This document shows positions 8,531 through 13,259 of a stretch of 13,259 bases of DNA, one piece after another. The notes under the pieces were generated by a model, which was not told where the DNA came from, made no database searches, and worked only from the letters and a program-made list of their open reading frames with translations. Each line of letters begins with the position of its first letter. The stretch's first letter is position 1. The stretch covers positions 1-13,259 of the forward strand of contig CALKOM010000051.1 in the NCBI GenBank assembly GCA_938091905.1, read 5' to 3'. A program made the translations under genes and the position numbers. Source of the stretch: an uncultured Verrucomicrobiales bacterium (lineage in GTDB: Bacteria; Verrucomicrobiota; Verrucomicrobiia; Verrucomicrobiales; DEV007).

Positions 8531-10126
8531 CTACAGCTGAACCACTCGAGCTTCGGTCACCCCAGGAACATCCTCAAGCTTGCGCAGAACGTCGTCGCAA
8601 GGCGTGGAGTCTAGGTTGAAGACGGTCATGGCGAGTTCGCCAACCGTATTCCGGCTGAGCGACATGCTGCCGATGTTGACCTTGTGTTCGCCTAATAAAC
8701 AGCCGACTTGGCCGATGCGTCCTGGCGTATCTTCGTTTGTGAGGACGAGGAGTGTGCCCGATGGTGCTGCTTCCACTCGGTGTTCACCGATCTTGACGAT
8801 TCGGGGGCTACTTCCGAAGAACGTTCCGAAGACGCGAGCTTCGCCGTTGTCCGTCTTCACTGCGACTTCGATTAGGTCGGTGAATTCTGTGGGATTCGGT
8901 GAGTGAGATTCGGTCACGCGGATGCCCTGAGTTTCAGCAAAGCCAGGAGCATTGATCGTGTTCACGGCACCAGGCTCGCACGAGGACTGCAAGTAGCCTT
9001 TCAATGCGGAGCGAGTAATGAGTGTGGTATCGACATCACTAACCTTACCGCTGTAATCGACGCGGAGTGTATTCGGGCGACCCGGGGCAATTTGTGAGAC
9101 CAAGACGCCTAACTTCTCAGCGAAATCGAGATAGCGCCCGATGGCAGCAACCGTTTTCTCATCGATATTGGGCATGTTCACAGCGTTCACGACAGTACCT
9201 TCTTTGAGATGCGCGGCCACCGTGCGTGCGATTTCAATACCGACGTTTTCTTGAGCTTCGGTTGTCGACGCGCCGAGGTGGGGCGTCAGGACGGCGTTTG
9301 GTGACTCGCGTAGAACGAAGTCTTCTGTTGGAGGCTCTGTTTCGTAAACGTCCAGCGCGATCCCGGCGACGATGCCATCATCGATGGCCTTGGCGATGGC
9401 GGCTTCATCTAACAAACCACCACGAGCGCAGTTCACGATGTGAACACCGGGTTTCAAGTTGGCGATGCGTTTGGCATTAAGAATGTGTTTCGTGTCCGGC
9501 GTCATCGGCATGTGCAGCGTGATGAAGTCGGCATCTTTGACGGCCTCTTCTACGGTATCGACTAGCTCTACACGAAGGAGACGGGCGCGACTTGAAGAAA
9601 GATAAGGATCGTAAGCGACCACACGCATGCCAAAGGCCATGGCTCGGCGCGCGAACTCAGTTCCGATCCTACCCATCCCTAGAATGGCGAGCGTCTTGTC
9701 GTAGACCTCAGTTCCCTGATATTTCTTCCGATCCCAACGTCCTGCTTTCATGCTCTCATGGGCATGGGGTATGTGGCGTGCCATGGAGAGCATGAGCGTG
9801 AAGGCATGCTCAGCTGTAGAAATGGTATTGCCGGCTGGCGTGTTCATCACCACCACGCCGTTCTTGGAAGCAGCATCGATCTTGATGTTGTCGACACCGA
9901 CTCCCGCTCGTCCTACGACCCTGAGATTGGAAGCTTTCTCTAGCACTTCCTCCGTGATCTGAGTGCGGCTGCGCACGATGATCGCATGGTATTTCTCGGC
10001 AGAGGCGACCAATTCCTCGGCGGTGATGGAGGTATTCACCTCGACTTCAAATGCGGAGTCGGCCTGCAGTTCTTCGATGCCCTTAGGAGAGATGGAATCT
10101 GCGACGAGGATGCTTTGCTTGCTCAT
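8531..10126 (-). CDS. serA: D-3-phosphoglycerate dehydrogenase (long form with ASB and ACT domains)
   Basis: Motifs GRAGVGVDNI, NTPAGNTISTAEH, Rossmann GMGRIG, VNCARGG, ALDVYETEP and PHLGASTTEAQ. C-terminal ACT domain NEDTPGRIGQVG..LGEHKVNIGSMSL. 531 aa. GGGAGG-free SD not assessed. Confidence 0.96.
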   Translation of the reverse strand: MSKQSILVADSISPKGIEELQADSAFEVEVNTSITAEELVASAEKYHAIIVRSRTQITEEVLEKASNLRVVGRAGVGVDNIKIDAASKNGVVVMNTPAGNTISTAEHAFTLMLSMARHIPHAHESMKAGRWDRKKYQGTEVYDKTLAILGMGRIGTEFARRAMAFGMRVVAYDPYLSSSRARLLRVELVDTVEEAVKDADFITLHMPMTPDTKHILNAKRIANLKPGVHIVNCARGGLLDEAAIAKAIDDGIVAGIALDVYETEPPTEDFVLRESPNAVLTPHLGASTTEAQENVGIEIARTVAAHLKEGTVVNAVNMPNIDEKTVAAIGRYLDFAEKLGVLVSQIAPGRPNTLRVDYSGKVSDVDTTLITRSALKGYLQSSCEPGAVNTINAPGFAETQGIRVTESHSPNPTEFTDLIEVAVKTDNGEARVFGTFFGSSPRIVKIGEHRVEAAPSGTLLVLTNEDTPGRIGQVGCLLGEHKVNIGSMSLSRNTVGELAMTVFNLDSTPCDDVLRKLEDVPGVTEARVVQL

Positions 10127-10156
10127 GATTGGGAGGCGAAGCTTAGGGAAGACCGA

Positions 10157-10834
10157 TCAAGCGTCAAAGGGAGATTCGACGAGCTCGATGGCGCATTCTC
10201 TAGGTGCAGCCACCGTGAGCACGTGGCTGTCAGCGATTGCGAGGAAATGCAGCTTCCAGGCCTCTGGAGTTGCTCCTGGCATCGTGGTCTCGACCGTGGC
10301 TTGACCTGAGAAAGGATCGCCCGCGATGCAGACGGACTCTGGGGCCTGCTGAAAGCCGCAACCGATGGCCTTCAGAAAGGCCTCTTTGGCCGTCCAATAG
10401 GAGAGAAACAGGCGACGTTTCTCTTGTGCTGAGGAAAGCCCTTCGAGGCGAGCTTTCTCCGTCGCGTGACAGACGTGTGAAACAAGTTCTAACAGGTTTC
10501 TGTTATTGGTTCCCGTTTCGATATCAATGCCTACAGCATGATCCTGACAGACGGCCACCGCGAACAGGTCATCGCTGTGAGATAAGTTGAAATGCCAGGC
10601 TCCATCCGTTAGCTCTGGTTTGTCAAAAGGTCCGGTTCGAAATGTGAGCTTCTCCGGTTCCGTGCCCGTGTAGTGAGCCAGTTGATGGCGCAGACGCCCA
10701 TGGCACTCGCTGTAGCGCTCTTTGTCTCGCTTGAACTTGAAAGCAGCAGCGCGACTCTCTTCTTCCTGGGAAAGGCACTGCTGAAACGAAAGTTCACCGG
10801 TGAGACGAGTGGCGTGGATGTAGACGGTCGACAT
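10157..10834 (-). CDS. Sfp-type 4'-phosphopantetheinyl transferase
   Basis: Motifs LSQEEESRAAAF, GPFDKPEL, HFNLSHS, VGIDIE and FLSYWTAKEAFLKAIG. A length of 225 aa fits the Sfp/HetI type rather than the short AcpS type. Confidence 0.93.
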   Translation of the reverse strand: MSTVYIHATRLTGELSFQQCLSQEEESRAAAFKFKRDKERYSECHGRLRHQLAHYTGTEPEKLTFRTGPFDKPELTDGAWHFNLSHSDDLFAVAVCQDHAVGIDIETGTNNRNLLELVSHVCHATEKARLEGLSSAQEKRRLFLSYWTAKEAFLKAIGCGFQQAPESVCIAGDPFSGQATVETTMPGATPEAWKLHFLAIADSHVLTVAAPRECAIELVESPFDA

Positions 10835-10842
10835 GAGGTCGC

Positions 10843-11645
10843 TTACTCCTCGGAAGGCTCTTTGAATTTGTAAGAAGAAGACATCATTCGCAGTTGTTCT
10901 GCTAGATCAGTCTTATCTGGATGGGTGGCTGTTCCCTTTTCAAGAGTGGAAAGGGATCTGTTCGGATCGCCGTTTTTCAAATGAAGCTTGGCGAGTTCGA
11001 GGTAGCTGCTAGCAAACCGGCTTCGAGGCTCTGCAGCAGCTTCTTGAATGGCGAGTGTCTTTTCATACTCTGTGATGGCGGCACCGGTCTTGTTCAAGAA
11101 ATCAGGGTACTGGCTGTAAGAGAACGCGATGTTTCGCTGGGCATCCCAATTCTCAGGATCCGTCTCGAGAACCTCCTCCCAAAGGACCTGTGCCTTGCCT
11201 GCCCAGATACCTTGGGCAGGTCCTGCAGGAAAAGCTCTCATTTCACGATGTAGGTTTGGGCAAGGCTAAGTCGAGTGGTGACATCCTCTGGATTGGCCCC
11301 TGCTGTATCCTTGAGATCGGCGATCAAAGCATCGAGACGTTTACTGGTCTGCACGTTCCCCCAAAACTCGAGCTGTTCTTCGTCAGAAGCTTGGCTTCGC
11401 AGCACGCGCTTCATTTTCTCCTCATAGGCTGCCGTGTCGTTGGCGGTCGTCGTGATAGCCTCTGCAGGTAGTGCGGCTTGCTGGACAGGAGCCGCTCGTT
11501 GTGTTGGTTCGCCTAGTTCAGTCAGTATGCTGGGGGCGGCCGACGGCACTGCGAGAGGAGGCGTGCTGCTCTCTTGAGCGCGTTCACGTAGGAGCATAGC
11601 GATCACCCCGATGGCGAGAGCGAGTAGGAGACCTTTATTGATCAT
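10843..11645 (-). pseudogene. Membrane-anchored TPR protein split into two ORFs (11238-11645 and 10843-11241) by an apparent 1-nt frameshift; may be a sequencing indel
   Basis: The N-terminal ORF has a TM anchor (GLLLALAIGVIAMLL), a Pro/Ala linker and the start of a TPR (NPEDVTTRLSLAQTYIVK*). The second ORF continues the TPR pattern (KAQVLWEEVLETDPENWDAQRNIAFSY; SYLELAKLHLKNGDPNRSLSTLEKG). The junction on the minus strand is GTG AAA TGA GAG; one extra A joins the frames into about 267 aa. Confidence 0.65.
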
Positions 11646-11929
11646 GAAAGTGAGGTTCGTCGTGTTATATTCAACGCCTTGCTACCGGTCGACGATAGCG
11701 CATACCAAGCCGCGGGCTTGCGATCAATAAACGCTTTCTTGGTGGAAAGGTAACCTTTGTCTTGCCGCTTTGTCAGTTGGGCGCCGAGTTTTCCAGCGGT
11801 GGCGCCGAGAAACGTTTTTAGGTTTGTGAAGCTGAGGGCCTCATTTCGAGAAAGCGGGACACAAGCGCCAAGCCGTGATCTGGCTTGCAGCAGGGGATCG
11901 AGATGATCGAATGTGTTTCCGTTTAACAT
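11642..11929 (-). CDS. Small winged-helix transcriptional regulator (HTH_34 / ArsR-MarR-like), possibly degenerate
   Basis: FDHLDPLLQARSRLG...LSFTNLKTFLGAT.G.LGAQL.K..DKGYLSTKKAFIDRKP..WYALS..G.KAL matches the family pattern as I recall it (LDP.IH...RL.....L...F..LK..L..TDGNL..HL.KLE..GY....K.F..RKP.T.Y.LT..GR.AL). GAGG lies 5 nt before the ATG. ATGA overlap with the TPR gene. Confidence 0.75.
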   Translation of the reverse strand: MLNGNTFDHLDPLLQARSRLGACVPLSRNEALSFTNLKTFLGATAGKLGAQLTKRQDKGYLSTKKAFIDRKPAAWYALSSTGSKALNITRRTSLS

Positions 11930-11976
11930 AATGGCCTCACTGAGTTGGCTCCTTAACAGGACCGATTGTCAAAGAC

Positions 11977-11997
11977 TGGCACTTTTCAAGCGTGCCA
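11977..11997. promoter_or_regulatory. Perfect inverted repeat TGGCAC-N9-GTGCCA upstream of the wHTH regulator; candidate operator
   Basis: TGGCAC (11977-11982), TTTTCAAGC, GTGCCA (11992-11997), about 50 nt upstream of the regulator start. The function is an inference. Confidence 0.3.
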
Positions 11998-12145
11998 TGC
12001 TAGCCCATCGGCTAAAACCGCCGCTCATAGATTTCTCAAAAAAAGTAGAGTGGTATCCTCGTTTAGCAACGCGTTTTCTGAAGGAGTACAAGACACCGCT
12101 ATTTCCAGTAGGGGATCCGTTAGGATCTATCAGCAGGCCAATTTC

Positions 12146-12185
12146 AAGAAAGACAAAGCCCCTCGCCTAATGAAAGGCGAAGGGC
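12146..12185 (-). terminator. Rho-independent terminator downstream of the Hcp-like gene
   Basis: On the minus strand: GCCCTTCGCCT-ttcatt-AGGCGAGGGGC, an 11-bp stem with one G-U pair, followed by TTTGTCTTTCTT. It starts 20 nt after the TAG at 12206-12208. The wobble pair and the U-tract both work only on the minus strand. Confidence 0.85.
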
Positions 12186-12205
12186 ATGTGAGGTTGTCGG
12201 GGAAA

Positions 12206-13120
12206 CTAACGCTTAAGCGAGACTTCCACTCTTAAGAGCTGGGTGAGTCCGGAAAAGGAGAGTTCGATTTCTTGTTGGCCAGCTTTGTCTCCAACGGGGA
12301 GGTGCAGGCGATGCAGTTCGAACCAATTCTGTCCTGTAGGGCTACCCATGAGACGATACTCGCGCCCAGGAAGCGTCTGAAAGTAGATGCAGCCTCGACC
12401 TGGCTTTTCTCGTAGGAGGGTGATCTGCTCGATACCGAAGCGTGAGTGTCGATCATTTGGTGCCGAGCCCGCGGCGAGCTCTTGACCGTTGGTAAGGCCA
12501 TCGCCGTCGAGGTCGCCTTCGGAATCATTCAATCCGTAGGCTTTGGCATAGTTGTCTGGTAGGCCGTCACGATTGCTGTCCTCTCCGAAAGGGTCGAGTT
12601 CATCTACCGCTGGATCTTGAGGTGATCCAGTCGTCCCAGGAGTGTAGCGGAACTGGGCGGAGTCGAAGGTAAAGGCGACGTCTTCCGTGAGCCTATCCAC
12701 GTCGCCAGAAAGGCGATGAGAGGAGATAGCCACATTCTGCAACTCAACTTTCACCGGCGGCTCGGAGGACTCCTCTGCCGTCAGATAGACTACGGTGAGC
12801 TTGGGGAAGGCTCTGCCTTCGAGCATGGCTCTCGCAAGCAGAGGTGTGGCTTTATCGACGCGTTTCACGATGTGAAAGTCCTGGTCGAGTGTTGGAACGC
12901 TGGTGCCTACGCTAGACTGTGTGTAGCTCTGTCCGAAGGCGCGGCCAGCAATCCAGCCTTCCCAGGTTTCTAATAAATGATCGCTGGCGATAGCGCTTCC
13001 TTCCAGTTGGAAGTAGATTTGTTGGGCAGCGCTGGCAGATTGAGGGATGCTGGAGGCGAGAGCTGTTAACAGAATCGCCTGGTAGCCAGTCCGGCGCGTA
13101 GTTTGGGTTAAGAAGTGCAT
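12206..13120 (-). CDS. Signal-peptide-bearing Hcp1-like (T6SS tube/phage tail-tube fold) protein fused to DxDxDG repeats and a C-terminal beta module
   Basis: AAAGGA Shine-Dalgarno before the ATG. Residues 1-31 look like a signal peptide ending ASA. Residues about 33-161 follow the Hcp pattern: IYFQLEG, EGWI..RAFGQS, DFHIVKRVDKATPLL.RA..EG..FP, VELQNVAISS..LSG, TEDVAFTF....FRY. Residues 181-226 are DSNRDGLPD / DLDGDGLTNGQELAAGSAPND. Residues 227-304 contain FQTLPGREYRLMGS...W...LRVEV. Confidence 0.8.
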   Translation of the reverse strand: MHFLTQTTRRTGYQAILLTALASSIPQSASAAQQIYFQLEGSAIASDHLLETWEGWIAGRAFGQSYTQSSVGTSVPTLDQDFHIVKRVDKATPLLARAMLEGRAFPKLTVVYLTAEESSEPPVKVELQNVAISSHRLSGDVDRLTEDVAFTFDSAQFRYTPGTTGSPQDPAVDELDPFGEDSNRDGLPDNYAKAYGLNDSEGDLDGDGLTNGQELAAGSAPNDRHSRFGIEQITLLREKPGRGCIYFQTLPGREYRLMGSPTGQNWFELHRLHLPVGDKAGQQEIELSFSGLTQLLRVEVSLKR

Positions 13121-13172
13121 GACGGTTCCTTTCTAATGAATGTTCGGGGCTCTGTTAGCAGGTCGCCGCAGA

Positions 13173-13259
13173 CTATTTCGCGACAAGGACGTTCACGGCT
13201 TCACGGACAGGTGTAAGGTCGTCGTTAGGAGCGACGATGGCTTCGCCTTCCTCAACCTT
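13173..13259 (-). CDS. 3' end of an upstream gene running off the window (unknown product)
   Basis: The minus-strand frame from 13259 reads KVEEGEAIVAPNDDLTPVREAVNVLVAK* with protein-like composition. TAG is at 13173-13175, 52 nt before the Hcp-like start. It is too short for the supplied ORF track. Confidence 0.55.
   Translation of the reverse strand, partial: KVEEGEAIVAPNDDLTPVREAVNVLVAK

Noticed and set aside
10157..10834. PPTase as the marker of a local NRPS/PKS biosynthetic cluster
   Set aside because: No adenylation, ketosynthase, condensation or carrier domain is present in the window.
73..10873. Many 60-180 aa alternative-frame and antisense ORFs in the supplied track
   Set aside because: They lie within long ORFs with clear family motifs, show no recognisable motifs themselves, and are expected shadows of GC-rich coding sequence.
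11235..11250. Programmed -1 ribosomal frameshift in the TPR gene
   Set aside because: GTG AAA TGA is not an X XXY YYZ slippery heptamer, -1 re-pairing of tRNA-Lys on GAA is unfavourable, and I saw no obvious stimulatory structure.
11977..11991. A functional sigma54 promoter
   Set aside because: The -12 element reads AAGC rather than TTGC and points to no credible plus-strand gene. It is kept only as part of the palindrome observation.
11913..12235. Plus-strand ORFs 11913-12170 and 11966-12235 in the intergenic region
   Set aside because: No recognisable motifs; they overlap the minus-strand terminator and neighbouring genes. Likely spurious.
13082..13102. Tat signal (TRR) in the Hcp-like protein
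   Set aside because: TRRTGY lacks the hydrophobic FL positions of the S/T-R-R-x-F-L-K consensus. Sec is more likely, though Tat cannot be excluded without prediction tools.
12206..13120. Calling a type VI secretion system locus
   Set aside because: Only an Hcp-like domain is present, with no sheath, baseplate, spike or membrane-complex genes in the window, and its leader is atypical for a T6SS tube subunit.
13190..13240. TTCACGG tandem repeat and TCGTCG/CGACGA inverted repeat as regulatory sites
   Set aside because: Both fall inside the probable upstream coding tail and are short enough to arise by chance.

Overview
A gene-dense bacterial window. The protein families point to the PVC superphylum, most likely Verrucomicrobiota; this is an inference, not a database result. 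The + strand (1-8521) carries four genes. The first is a 5'-truncated surface protein with DxDxDG Ca-binding repeats, an apparently circularly permuted F-type-lectin-like domain, a 'W..S..W..FYRV' beta module and a MAM/cleaved-adhesin-like C-terminal domain. It is followed by a membrane-anchored alpha-helical-repeat protein and the PVC-typical DUF1592-family cytochrome c / DUF1552 gene pair. The - strand (8531-13259), in transcription order, carries the 3' end of an unknown gene, an unusual Hcp (T6SS tube)-like protein, an intrinsic terminator, and a tight cluster: degenerate winged-helix regulator, TPR gene split by a frameshift, Sfp-type phosphopantetheinyl transferase and serA. The most striking element is the Hcp-like protein. 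It has a signal peptide, is fused to Ca-binding repeats plus a C-terminal module resembling one in the surface protein, and has no T6SS gene beside it in the window. It is a candidate tube subunit repurposed as an exported surface protein. No rRNA, tRNA, CRISPR array or mobile element was seen. All family calls come from motif recognition by eye.
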